From NCBI GenBank assembly GCA_051294905.1, contig CM119372.1:4216001-4280000 (forward strand): a stretch of 64,000 nt of DNA, in the 5' to 3' direction. Below the pieces are notes generated by a model. The model searched no databases. It saw nothing but the letters and a program-made list of their open reading frames with translations, and was not told the DNA's origin. This stretch comes from Botryllus schlosseri. Taxonomy: Eukaryota. A program made the position numbers and the translations under genes. Shown here piece by piece: positions 25,700 through 39,200 of this stretch; within the stretch, counting starts at the first letter, position 1, and every line of letters starts with the position of its first letter.

Positions 25700-28194
25700 A
25701 TGGGAGTTTTGACAGACGATGTACCTCAGCATCGCCCGAGTCCGACGGGAGGGGTCGAGTCTACAAACAACGAGTTATGCCAAAGCAACGACGGCACGAG
25801 CGCGAATCTTGATTCGATCACAGGAAAATACTACGATGTCAAAACAGACTACGCAAACGCAGAAAACATTATGAATTACATCGGCAACGGTATCGATGGC
25901 ACACAGTACACAGTGTCACCTCCCACCGGGATTTCAGACGATACGAATTTCGTCCGATCGCGAGGATGCAAAAAGGAGAAGAAGCGAACGGAATGCATCA
26001 ATTCCGCCTTTTCAGACTTGCGACGACGTATCCCGAACGTGCCTCTCGATACGAAGCTGTCCAAGATCAAGACGCTGCGACTGGCCACGTCTTATATCCA
26101 ATACCTGACGGATATCGTGCGGAACTCGGACCCGGAAGACGTGCGAGACGGGAGGGAATTTCGCGCTGACTTGAAAGCGCTGAGGTCGCGAGAAAGACGA
26201 CGGGAACTGCATCGGGTAGGTCCTTTGTATTTTAATTTTTGATTTATTTATAATAAAATATGTTTGCACTTCGAGAGCGATGTTGCTCCTCTTTTGGATC
26301 TAAATGGCCCCCCTTTAACGACGAGCTCAAAATCAGGGTCGCAAATAGTAATTTTAAATTGTACTAGGTAAAAAATTATTAGATTTCTATCAAAATATGT
26401 AATTACAAGATGAAAAGTGCTACCAATTTCTGTGGTTTATACGAAACCGGTTCATATATATCCATAGACACGCGCCTAGCATGTCTCCCAAGTACCAGAA
26501 TAATTTAGTAGAGGCCCGTTCGAAAGAATGTAACACTTATTGCCATTAAAAATACGCATATTCTATGTTCAAGAGTACAAACGAGTCGTTATTTTGGTAT
26601 TAATGGCGTTTGGACTACTACGGTCAATTGGTCATTTACAACAGGACCATAGTTCTTTATCATGCTTCCTGGCCTGCCGACTGGTAGCACGCCCCACCTT
26701 CTTTCTAGGCCTTTCTAAGACACCGCATTCGCTGTTAGTAATAGCTAATAGGGTTATCAGTTGCATTTTTGGATTGTCATGTGTCATCGGTTATTGCTTT
26801 CGTTTCAATTCAATTTATTTTTGCGGCACGCTGTCACGTGAGCCTTGCAATGTGCTGCATGTAGTACCAATAAAAGAGGCCACTGAAAATTCTGATAGGG
26901 AAATGAAATCGCATTCACTCGTGGTTCCATGGTTGTATCCTATGGTACACTATACCGCGGATCGAGATCCCGATTTAATCTCTCACAGAACACAGCGAAT
27001 AATACCTACAATAACGAGTTAGCAAATTGCAATTCATCAAAGCATGATTGTTTGTTTGTGGTATTCATGGTTTTTGTCGACTACTAAATGGTCAATTGGT
27101 CATTTACACCAGGCCAATGTGTTTCATTTTAATTCTGTAGCTGCCGACTTGTAGCACGGCCAACTTCTAGGCTTTTATAAGACACCGCTTGCATGGATGA
27201 TATGGCGAGCTGAAGTCGGCCTCGGTCGGACTTGGACCCGCAACCCATTGGCGTTGCAGTATTGGCTTATACCACTACGCTATCCCGCCACATCAAAGCA
27301 TAATTCTTTACACAGAAGCAAACCAGTGTAGCGACAAAACCCGAAGACCCGGGACACGAAAGAAACAACAGCTACCCAAGCAACCGTAATCTATGTGACG
27401 ACATATCGCTTAGAAAGAAAGGACGCACAGGTTGGCCAGAAGCTGTCTGGGCCATGGAGCTCGAAAACATCCCCCCGTCCTTGATAGAACACAACATACC
27501 GCCCGCGCATCCCGACATCATAACATCAACCCCTCACCAAGCCCAACCGCAACTTCACAAATGCTACACAAACTATCCAACGCCGCATTTTGACGGAGAA
27601 GTATCGCCGACCAGTCAACAAGACCTCAGTCACAACCCGACCATAAGTAATCATTACGGTAACACACTGATTGGATACAGTATTATACCCACCATCCGCG
27701 AAAACCAGGGATATGTCAGCGAATCATTCGCGACCTACGACGACTTCGTGCCATATTTACCATACGCACCGCTTCCTCTACCCGGAGCGTCGTCTTTTAG
27801 CAGGCGATATTCCCAATTCCTTCCCCCGAACGACTCAGAGCAACAAGGTTATCAAATCGCGAATTTACAAAGCCTACCAACGATCGAATCAGCTGGACCA
27901 ACCGCGTATGAGCCCGGATGTTATCAAAACAATGTTGAAGACGCTGGCGGTGACCTGCAATCGTCCGTAGTGGCTGAAATAACGCTGATTCCCGATGGAA
28001 ACTACCAATGGGGGGAAGCTGAAAATGAAGTAGGCGCGATGCAAGAGAGCAAATCGATGCAGAGCAAGTTCGCGGAACTGAAGACGGTATCGGCCGCCAG
28101 CATAAGGATATCGACATCGACTGTAAACGGTAAGCTGTACACTGTACAGGGTATACTGTACATGTACTTGTACGTACATATTCGCACTACTTAG
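25700..28194 (+). CDS. HAND: HAND-family bHLH transcription factor with long C-terminal extension
   Basis: Exon 1 is 25700-26215 (b[49 protein letters not shown]), donor gtaggt, phase 0. Exon 2 starts at 27316 (cacag|) and encodes [18 protein letters not shown], the HAND C-terminal motif KGRTGWPQHVWALEL. It stays open to a stop at 28194, or splices at gtaagc 28130 to a small exon 28236-28285. Confidence 0.92.
27050..27291 (-). mobile_element. tRNA-derived SINE in HAND intron 1 (partial body copy also about 26600-26740)
   Basis: Minus head gtggcgggatagcgtagtggtataa...gggtccaagtcc has A- and B-box-like motifs. Body is shared with 42120-42695. Confidence 0.7.
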
Positions 28195-30679
28195 TCAAAC
28201 CATGTTTGTAGTCTATTTCCAATTCTATCCAACAGATTTTCAGGGAGCACTACTTGCTTTTTCCGATTTGGAATTTGAAAAGTAGAAAGTCACGTTTATA
28301 AATGAAATAGTCCCTGTATCGCGGTAGCCGCGTACGTTTTCAAAGATTGCACCCATTCGTGGTGTCATCAGTCATTTTGAGTTGGTCGCGTCAATGAATC
28401 TTTTAATTTCGAATGTAGCCATCTCCGATTAACCGCTAATCGTATGCGATCCCGCAACCAAATCTACTTCGAAAACAACTTGGGAACTTTCCATGCCTTC
28501 CATATATTCTATTCGACTTGAAGTAGCATTTCTGTATTGGCATGTCTTGGAAATCGCTTCCGCCACTTGCAATTGAGCGATAATTCACAGCGGTAATTCT
28601 ACAACTTCACAACAACGATTTAAATACATGTTGAAAATGTGGAATCACAATGATGGCGACTATCGGCCTAGTGTAAAATGCCCAAAATAGTGGAAACACC
28701 GTGAACACTGAAACGGCAGCAGCATGAGTTGAATATAGGTATATTACGAAATTTGTGCTACATCGTAGGGTCCGAATCATGTGATCAGCAGTTTCTATCA
28801 TCTAACTGCACTTTTACACACATGCATCAATTATATAAAGATATATCCAAGTGGTATCACGTTGCCTGTGCCATTTTCCGGCGCCTTGTCGGGGTCGTAC
28901 TCGAATACAGAGCCCCGACATATGATATATCGCCATAAGAACTGTTTGATTTGACTTTTCCCCCGTCGGAATGGGTGGGAACGCAAAACATTGTCGTAGG
29001 GTTACAAATCTATGAACTTGTGAAACTAATCCCACCACTGATTAACGAGACATGCCTAATATTCATGGCAGTAAATTTGAAAACTGAAAACGTGCATCGC
29101 ACACGCACGGTTGCAATCCATAAGCTCAGCCTTGAACAGTTATGCATTGACTCAGCGGCTCGTATAAAACGACACGGTATGTTGACGATTGTTCCGATCA
29201 AACTCCGATTTCAAACGATTACATTGATATCAAAGTTAGCGATATTTAGCTATAAATGACAATGATACAACGTCTATTTAGCGAAACAGCAGGACTTCGA
29301 ACACAATGCACAAGACATCGGAACTCAATTGACTACAATTGCATAACCATTAACCACACAGCGCATTATTCGAAATCCTCAGGGACAATCCTTCACGTGG
29401 TACTTTGACCGGCTTCCAAGTATAACATTACTTCTGATAAACGCACGCGGCCATAAAATGAAGAAACGGTTTATGATAATTGGATGCTTTTACGATTCGA
29501 AGTTATTCGGAGTGCGTTTTTACCGTATCACCCGTATTGGTGCTCTATCCGTACACATGAAATTATATTCAGACCGCATCGAGTTCAAGTTACACATCCT
29601 CGTATCAAAATTGCAAGTCAAATTTAAAAGGTTCGCGATGATTCATTTGTTTACGAAAATGTGGGATTGTTAAAACAAAATACACTAATTCAGCGTGATG
29701 GATGTACAATGCGCAGTTTCTCACTACTCAGTGCACACACGGCCACTCCCTTTATTCTGTGCTCTGATCGCATATAGCCTATACACTATAGCGATATCTC
29801 AAGGCACACGCACTGATCAGTATCATTATAATTATTAAATTTCCTCATTTCAAAACACCACAAGACTGCGATGCAATTAACAGTTAGGAAAATGTCGAAA
29901 CGACTTGGAGTAGTCGGGGCCTACTTAAGTTATCGCAGGCCCCGAAGTAGTCTTTAAAATCAGACACCCACCAGGGCTTAGCCCTTGACGATTAGAAGAA
30001 AAGAAATGAGGGAGAACATAAAATGGCTAGTGATGAAAATGAATGATTCATGTATCGATAAGTCACATCGAGATCCACTATCCTCGAAAGTTGACTAGTA
30101 TTCATTCAGTAGAAATTGCATGTATTTCGATTTGAATGTGGACTGTGAAACGGTACATTTTGCAGGTTCCGGGATATTCACCGCGTCCGGAAACGCGGAG
30201 TTGCCGTGTTTTGGAGCCACCAGAGTTGTAGAATCGAGCTGCACCGCGTAAAAGTCAGCAGACTCGAAACCGCGAAAACACACTGCCGGGAACCCGCCGC
30301 AAATATGTATCAGGATGTGCGGTTTGGTATAACCGAAATCAAATGTCAGAACTCTTGATAACGCAGGGACGGGTATGAATGAGTAATATTTTGCGTCACC
30401 GACAGCGACGGTGTCTATTTTTGCTTCCGAGTGCCGAGAGCCACACGCATTTGGTGACTTTTTATATTTACTGTATTGGTACATGTCGCAACTTTATCCC
30501 GTGATAAATCAACGCTGCCGCGATAAAAGCGCGCAGCCATTTTGAAGTTTGTAGGGAGTATGAGTTTACTTCAATCATTTCTACGATTTCAACAAGGTGG
30601 TGCCGAATAGCTAAACTCTTGCCAATTCCCTAACTCCTATCAGAACCCGTAGACTGTCGATTAGCAACAATCGTCGTAT

Positions 30680-31915
30680 AACAGCTTCCTGGAGGTACCG
30701 AACTTCAATATACAAGTGAATAGTATATTCATATTGAAATGAATCCGACTATTTTCGGCTGACACACGTCAGGGGGTTGTCGACAGAAACTAGAATCATC
30801 TTACCATTATTGATGTAAAAACTTCATTTCAATTCTCGACTAGTTGCTGATGATTACGCTTGACGAGTGTCAGGCGAAAATGTTCGGGTCTATTTCAACA
30901 TGAAGATATTACAACTACTGAAAATGTGAAAATGGGTACGCCAGGACCAATTTCACATCCCAGACACGATTGTTGATATACGAGATGATTTTCGAGTTTT
31001 TTTTCAACATGAATGTATTATTCAATGGTTTATTGAAGTTTTGTACCTCCAAGCATCTCGTCAAATACATCCCAGAAACGTTGTCATCCACATTTCATTA
31101 CGTCGACATTGTATTTTATCATGATAAATAGATATACGATAAATACAGAGCTATTTCCGTGGTAACCCGACAACGAATGAGCGTCTTGCATAATTTTACA
31201 TGCGTCCCATATTTTCGAACATTTTCCGTCGATAAATCACTCCGTCTGGGAAGTGATGTGCCTGGATATACAAAGGAAGTGACTTTCGAAACGTCTATGC
31301 TAATTTATTATTACTGGTGGCTGTCTCGCCGTGAAAAATATTATTTCCTGCGTGTTTATTAATGTCTTGATAACATAACCGGGACGATATCCGTTGCGAA
31401 CTAGATTGAGTAGTCGATTAATTTCTGCTGCGTTGAGGTCGTATTTGGTGATACGATTGTTGATGCACGATGTCCTTTCCGATTCTCTATGCTAACGATT
31501 ACCCCTGACGAGTGTAAGCTAAAAATATTTGGGTTTATTTCAATACGAATACACCATTCAATTGTATATTAAGTTCTGCACCTCTGCAGGCTCTTCCAAT
31601 TTTTGTTAAGCGTGATAAATATGACATGCATAGCAAAGATTCAATCGAGAATATTGGACCGTTTCAAATCACAGCTGCTCGACATAGGGCGTGTCCGATT
31701 TGGGTAACGAGATACCGCGTTGTAGAATTTCGGTGAAGTTAATTTGTTTTCGATGTTCTTAATAAATGCTATTGGTTCAATTTCCAGTATACCATCTCCT
31801 TATTTCATATAACCAAGTCCGTCGAGTAGTAATGTACCACACAGTGGGGTAACATGAGCATTTAAGCAACGAAGAGCTTCTTGGAGGTATAGAACTTCAA
31901 TTGAACATACTATAG
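30680..31915. mobile_element. Cluster of PLE terminal-repeat copies (inverted and tandem) with degenerate hammerheads
   Basis: Minus copy about 30680-30800; plus copies about 30835-30920, 30963-31060 (core deleted) and 31448-31600; minus tail 31870-31915. All match the 18780-18900 repeat. Confidence 0.75.
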
Positions 31916-32144
31916 TCTGCGCCCCAGATTGCAAAACCACGATCTGCCTTATCTATTACGCTTAACTTTTTTGCCTTCTTCTTTGTTATTTTTAATCAGT
32001 GTACAATTTACGTGCCTTTTATTTCTGTTTTTCGACTCATTTCTATCTTTTCATTTTATCGCAGTCTTGTCGTGTATCGAAATGACGAACTTATCCATAT
32101 ACTGAACTGAACAGTGAACTTGGACGATACTACCGTCCGTAACT

Positions 32145-32481
32145 CAGACTTGGACAACTAGTTAATTAGACTAATTAAAGCGAAATGCCGGTAATCTAAT
32201 CCTTATATAATTTGTGAAATGTTTCTTTGCCCCAATTTTAATTCTGATTTAATATCTGTTTTTCCTGTAAATGCTGCAGGAGATCTGCACATAGTGTGAA
32301 ACGAGCCAAGCATGGTGTATAGACATTTACCATGCTCGTGCTTATGACTGTTATGAGGATGAACTGTGATTTGATATGCACTGAAATTGACCCAATTTGA
32401 AGTTTTGGCGAATTCAGTAATTCTAATTCTAATTGCTATTTAATTTAGAAAAGCTAAAAATCGTCTGGTTGTCCAAGTCTG
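32145..32481. mobile_element. Best copy of an abundant MITE family (TIR CAGACTTGGACAAC, internal AATTAGA repeats)
   Basis: TIRs cagacttggacaactag / ctggttgtccaagtctg; TSD 6/8. Other copies at about 1160-1471, 12340-12613, 17020-17350, 43675-44007, 46554-46916, 47690-48055, 53908-54240, 56360-56685, 60330-60480, 61325-61670. Confidence 0.85.
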
Positions 32482-34295
32482 CCATAACGCAAATTCATTA
32501 TTACTTCGGCGTTGTTTCTTGCCACACTTTCATTTCATTTTCATCTTGATAAATAATATATGTCGCGGCTTAAGATACTGTTTGATATAACTAGAAGTGT
32601 ATCAGCAGACGAAATGTCAGAACATTACCTTATGTATATTGCCAAGCGCTCAGTTGAATGTGCAAATGGTACATTACCGCGTGGTTTAATCTAAAATGAT
32701 GACTAAAACATTTCAAAAGAATTTGTGGGTAAATTGTACTCTTCTACCGTATTCCCGGTGGTATGTCGACAACTGCATTTTCTTGAGTATATCGTTTGAA
32801 TTTTTGTTTCGCTTGCAGAATTTTTCATAGTCGCTTCTAGTACCGTCTGTTCATTGCGTAGTGTATTTCGGAAGCGTTATGTATTTTCATCACTTACCGA
32901 TCATTGCCTTAATTCTGGGAAATAAAAACTCAGTTTTGCAACAGCTCCTTTGATTCACATATTATCGCTGCCAGTAGTTTCATGGCGTAACAGATTTAGG
33001 TAGTATGTAGGCTACAGCACATCCCCCATCGGCCTCATGAACTCAAAACGTAGGGTGATGTTTGAGGATAGTTTTGAGGCGTTTGACAAGCGGCTCCACG
33101 TTAGTGAGTAATCAATCAGTTTCGCTATTACTAGAAGGAATAATATTTATGATTTCTAGCTACACGCTATTACCCTACGCCGCGACGACAGATAAGAGAT
33201 TTCGTTAGGCTGATAAACAATTTGGATAACGCCCCTGTGATTACATTAAACTGACACCAATTGAAATATCCCAGGCCCGCTAATGACGCGAAGATTAAAG
33301 GAGGAATGCTTGCGCGTAAGTTGGCTTTCGAAACGGATCCAATCAGAAACTAAATCCGAATGGAAATGACTTCATCATTTGCGTAGACAGAGCGGTCTGG
33401 AATCTGGATGCATGGCAACAACAAAGAATATTGTGATACCGCTGTGGTTTTCGTAGTTCTGACAAACTGTTTGCTGCTTCTGACCGAATACAAAATAACA
33501 AACAGCTTGTGCACGCGACTGTTTGGAGCGTGCCAGTCAGGCCGGCAGTTTCTGTGAAGTATGTATGAATCAAGATGGATAAACATGAGGTGATGCCGCA
33601 AGTAGTGTTTGTCACTAATAGTCCTGCTACCAACGTCACTAGTTCACTAAACACCGACTTGATCAGACCATTCAATGAAACATTGCGTCTTGTATCAAAC
33701 CGTTTGTAGAAAAGATGCACTACAGTCAAATAAATCCCCATTCTGTAGGTGGAGCCAAAACATCAGGCGATGAGACCTAATGTAGTAGTGGTTCCCAACC
33801 GGGTTCACCCTTCGCACGAACCCAAGGAGTTCGCTGGAGGTCAAAACACACAACCGTCTCACGAACCAGAAATCACACTGATTTGTAGTAACTATTCATT
33901 ATAATCTTTTTGTAATATTTTAATGACTTTGTTCTTTTAACACTTTTTTGACGCACAGTTCAAATTGTGCACCAACATTTTACAGACACTAATGTACTTA
34001 TAGATGTGTAATGTGGTGTTATTTTGCTTCTGTGATTAGTGGAATTCGCCGAAGGCTTGTAGATTAGCGTACGGGCCAGATACATGAATTACTGGACTGC
34101 GCACCAGGTTGGATGAAACCACATGCCGGTCTTTCTGAAATCAGTAATCGCCTAGCCTGGGTTGATTCGTGGCATCTACAATGTGTACATTACCGGCCAC
34201 GCATATTTATTTTTGTCCTTGATGTTCTTGCGGCATATACACCGACTCATGAGGTGACATACACACGATGTGTGCATACTGCATATATGCATACC

Positions 34296-35630
34296 CAGCA
34301 CCGTAACTGCCGCACCCCAAACCCCTCACTTGGGGGGGGGGGGGCGAGCTCGAAGGGGGCCCAAAATTACTTCGTGAATTAACGTAAATTATAGAGTAAT
34401 TTTTGAAAATTTATGCAACATTTCAAATTTTTTCGCGCTATGCGCGATTTCAAGGTGCCACATATCATTATTATTTGGTACTCTTCTCCAAAGAAAAGAA
34501 CACGCAAGACTTTTAGAAATTGGCTTATCGGCGTTGGCCAATACCGCGACACAGCGCACCAAGACATATAACGATTTAGGACATATTACATGAGACTCCA
34601 ATTGTGCCAGAACGATCGATCGGCAGCGTAAAAACCTTGGCCGAAAAGGACTGCCCTTACGCTGACCGAAAACTTTGTTATATATACAAAATACATAAAG
34701 GTTTAATTGTCCATAGCCTAGGCTCCTAAATGAATGGCGCCGAATGTTCCTGTCTTGGCAATCTGAACCTCAGAAGACGAATTCCATCCCGCAGGGAAGA
34801 ATTATACGCCAGTAAAGAAATACTAATTTGAAATCGTGTGCGTCTTTTAGTTTAGTACGTTTGCTCGATTCTATATTTTTTCATATAGCAGACAGGAGGT
34901 TACGAAATAACATTATGTAACGAAGGTATACCAACGGGTCCGCCCGCTTGAAGATGTTTAATTATTATTTACGCGCCCTACAGTTTCCAAGACACCTCAC
35001 TCAGCTCTACCGGTAAGTCTGATAAAGTGAGCAGAGAGGACAAGAAATTGATAGCAATAAATATGCAATTCCCGATCTTATTGACCGATTATATCATTAA
35101 TTATCGAAAAATTTTGCGCGTAGCGCTGGCTCACTAAACAGTACGACTGATTTCGTGGCAAAAGCGATCAATACATCGGGGGGGGGGGGCGGTTTATCAC
35201 CCTATGGGAGCCCAAGACCCAAGTTTTTTGGGACCTGATGAAGTTCTGTTTCGTTCCTGCGAACGGGTATACGCCCGAAGATGTTCAATTAATATTGAGG
35301 GGTCCTACCTTTTCAAATACATCTCACTCAGCTCTATCGGTAAATCTGATTACGTCAGCAGATAAAAAGTGATAGCAATATATATGCAATTCCAGATGAT
35401 ACTGACCGATTCAATCACGAATTTTTGAAATTTTTCGCGCTTCGGGCGTCTAGGCTAGAATAGGTAGCTCACTAAACGAACACCCACTATTAATGACAAG
35501 TAGCGGCAAAGAGCGGGTAGACAAAGAGGGGTCTGGGGGGCGAAGCCCCCCAGAAGTCCGGTTTATCACCCTATGGGGGGCCCAAGACCAACGTTTTTTG
35601 GGGGGCTGGCGAAGTACTGTTACGGCCCTG
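34296..35630. mobile_element. hAT non-autonomous element (1335 bp) with internal ~350-bp tandem duplication
   Basis: TIRs cagcaccgtaac / gttacggccctg. Perfect TSD TGCATACC. Repeats at about 34990-35250 and 35320-35620. Confidence 0.88.
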
Positions 35631-36290
35631 TGCATACCACGAGTGCATGATATGCATATCATATGCCGCTGGACAAGGAAGGCGCAGCTGCAGAAATAGC
35701 CTTGTAATGATTTCTCCAAGTCTTGCTCCACGTTTCCATCATGCTGATCCCGATAATGTTGAGCGACAAGCGGAGAAGTAATGGATACCAGTGTTACCAA
35801 TCTGGTCTCTGGCCTGACCCGGCCGGGGATCCTACCCACGACCCACGAGTTGGACAAGAACAATTGGGTAATGGACATATCATTACTTTTCTGGAAGGAG
35901 CAGTTCACGTCAGACTTGGAAAACGGCATAGTGCAGCGAGTTGACAAGAATACCCCTCTCGCGAAGGGAAATCCAATGCCAAGTCGCCATCGCCTTACAC
36001 CGTACAGTCATAGTAGATATTGTGGCGAATAATAATAGGCTAGCCTGCTTGCATAGTAGCTGTAGACTGCGAACAACATCCTAGTTTTTAAAACTTTACA
36101 TTAGTACAACGCCGTACTGACTCCCGGCTAGCATGGGCGATGGTTATTATTATTATTATTAAAGGTTTTCAGTGGCACTTATCACCTGTTAAGGTCTTGT
36201 GTGCCACGGACGCAAATAAGATCAGGAAAAAATCAAGAAAAGGGCACTCAAGAAAATTCAAGAAAAGGGCACTCAGCATGACAACGGCAC

Positions 36291-39200
36291 TCAGATGTAT
36301 CTACCACTTGATAGAACAAATTCAGCAACAGCGGGCGATAAGGCTGGGTTAGACAACACGTGAAACAAAGTGAAATGAAGATTGAGCCTAGTACACTCGT
36401 CGCGCAGAAATCTGCGATAAAATTGATATTCCGGACATACAATAACAAAATGGTACACCGTTTCAGGTACGTGACAACGTTCACAAAGGGGGGACGGAAC
36501 ACAACCGATTTTAAATAGGTGACTCTTCAGCTTGCAGTGTCCAGTGCGGAGCCGGAACATGATGGAGTCGAATAGACGATTGGAGAGCATCGGCGCAGGC
36601 GCGAGGATTGATTCTCGGAACTGACGGTAGTGCGACCCGGTGTCCGAAGAACGGTATTGTTCTTGCCAGAGGTCAACACACAGGGATCTGATTAAGGCCT
36701 TGGCTTCAGGTAGCGAAACTGTCGCTGCATCGGTTGGAGGAGGACATAACGATGCCGTCCTAGCAAGTTCATCGGCTTGAGTATTACCCGAGATCCCACT
36801 GTGTCCTGGGATCCAAGCCAGAGTTACATGGAGGCGCAGATTGGTGATCTGAAGTAAGGATTCGAAAATATTTAGTAAAATAGCGTTGGTGCTGCACGGT
36901 AGCTGTGTTCGCGATACATTTGAAATAGATTTGAGGGCACCGAGACAATCTGACAGAATGATATACCGAGAGTGCGATGAGCCATGTTCTGTAATCCACT
37001 TCAAGGCATGAAGAATGGCGCTCAATTCGGCGGAATAACTGGAATATGCACTCGGTAACGCTTTGGATAATTGAACGGAGTGGGCGGGAATGAACAGGCC
37101 GTAGCCAACACCGTTCTCGGTCTTGGATCCGTCAGTGTACATCGTTAGGAAACCTGCGTATTTTTCAAAAATGAAATCCAGGCTATTAGATAAGATAACT
37201 GGTGGCGTGGAGCACTTCGATATAGTCTCGCAAAGTTCGAGATCGACGTTTAGACACGGCGCGGTCCATGGGGCGGGAAGAGAGGTTGGCTTGGTATGCA
37301 GTTTAACTGCTCGCAGTGAGGGTATCTGTGTGATTATATTAAATGTTCTGAAGTTGGGGTTTGTTAGATGATAAATCTCGTGCCAAGTTCCTTCTATGAG
37401 CTGTTCATGGTACGGAATCATCGATGGCACCGTTTGCAATTTACAACGGAGGTTGAGACATAGCTGGATATGACGAAGACTGAGCGGCATCTCATTACAA
37501 GCAGCTTGTAGCGCGCATATAGGTGAGCTTCGCATCGCCCCACAGCAGAGACGTAGTGCACGGTTCTGGATTGTTTGGACTTTCGCAAGGTGACACTTCG
37601 GGGCAAAGAAGTATGCTACCATCCCATACTCTATGACAGGACGTATCAATGCTCTATATAGCATCAAGAGGGATCTTTTACCAGCGCCCCATGCCGTCCC
37701 TGTAAGAGTTCGTATAAGGTTGAGTCGTTTGCTACATTTATCGACGATCTTGTCGATGTGGTATTTGTAGGACAATGTTTTGTCGAAAGTCACTCCTAAA
37801 TACCTCACCGTATTTTGCACTAAAATGGATTTACCTCCGAGATGCAAGGACACCTGGGGGAATTTTCGTTTGCGAGAGAATATCATGGCCACGGTCTTGG
37901 ATTCCGAAATAATGAAGCCCCACTTTTGGCACCAGTCGTGTATGGCGTTGAGGGATATTTGCACATTATCAGCGAGTGATGGGATAGACAATCCACTGTC
38001 CCAAACAGCAACATCGTCTGCATACATCGCATGGTCACATTTAATAATCTGTGGTAGATCATTAATCATAATCGAGAACAGAATCGGGCTAATCACACAA
38101 CCCTGGGGCAAGCCATTTTCAAGGGTATATTCTGCCGAAAGAGAGTTTCCAACTCTCACTTGAAACACCCGCTCCGTCAGAAAGTTTTCAATCCACAAAA
38201 GCATGTTACCTCGTATTCCCATCTGGGAAAGTTTATACAGCAAACCTTTTCTCCATACCATATCGTATGCACTCTGGAAATCGATGAAAACGGAAACAAC
38301 TGATCTCTGATTGTTGATCGCTTTGTAGGCGGTATCGTGGAGACGCAGAATGTGATCGAGAGTGCTCCGACGTTGACGAAAACCGGATTGACTGGGAGAT
38401 AATAGATTGTTCGATTCAACGTACCACTTCAACCTGTACACAATCATGGTTTCCATTATTTTACAAATGTGACTAGTTAATGAGATTGGCCTATACGACT
38501 TGGGTTGAGACTTAAGTTTTCCACTTTTCAGGATGGGGACGACAACTGATCGCTTCCAGGATTCGGGTATTTCACTTTTGTTCAACGATCTGTTGAACAA
38601 CGCAAGAAGATCAGTGAGCGAGTTCTGAGATAAATTTTTAAGCATTTGATAGCAAATTGAGTCACCGCCGGGAGACGATTTACCACGTGAAGCAATTGCG
38701 GACATCATTTCTTCCCGGCTGAAAGGGATATTAATTGGGTCCGCAGTAGAAGAGGAAAAAATAGGCTGAATCATGCTATCACACATTTGGTGCGACTGGA
38801 ATGCCTCTGTGTAGTGATTGGAGCTGCTGACATCACAAAAGAGTTTGCCGAATACATTAGCTTTTTCATAGTCGTCCGAAATAGTGATATTATTGTCAAC
38901 GATATGTGTGATTGCTCGAGATGCAGTTTGACCGGAGATTGACCTTACCACATTCCATACCTTTTTAAAACCCGAGTGCTCGTTCAAGGATGCACAGAAT
39001 TCCTCCCAGCATGTGCGTTTTGCTGCCAAGATCGTTTTTCGGCATTCTGCTCTCATCTTCTTGAACTGTACCACGTCTGCTGTGGAGAATGTCCGCTTCA
39101 TTTTCTGAAAAGCTGCTTTTTTACGACGGATTGCTCTTTGACACGTTGCAGTCCACCAAGGCACTGGGTTCTTTTCGGGGGTCTTCAGACGCGGTATTGT

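Noticed and set aside
35723-35944. Frame ending VRLGKR, like an amidated neuropeptide precursor
   Set aside because: No ATG or signal peptide, stops immediately upstream, single motif; compatible with chance.
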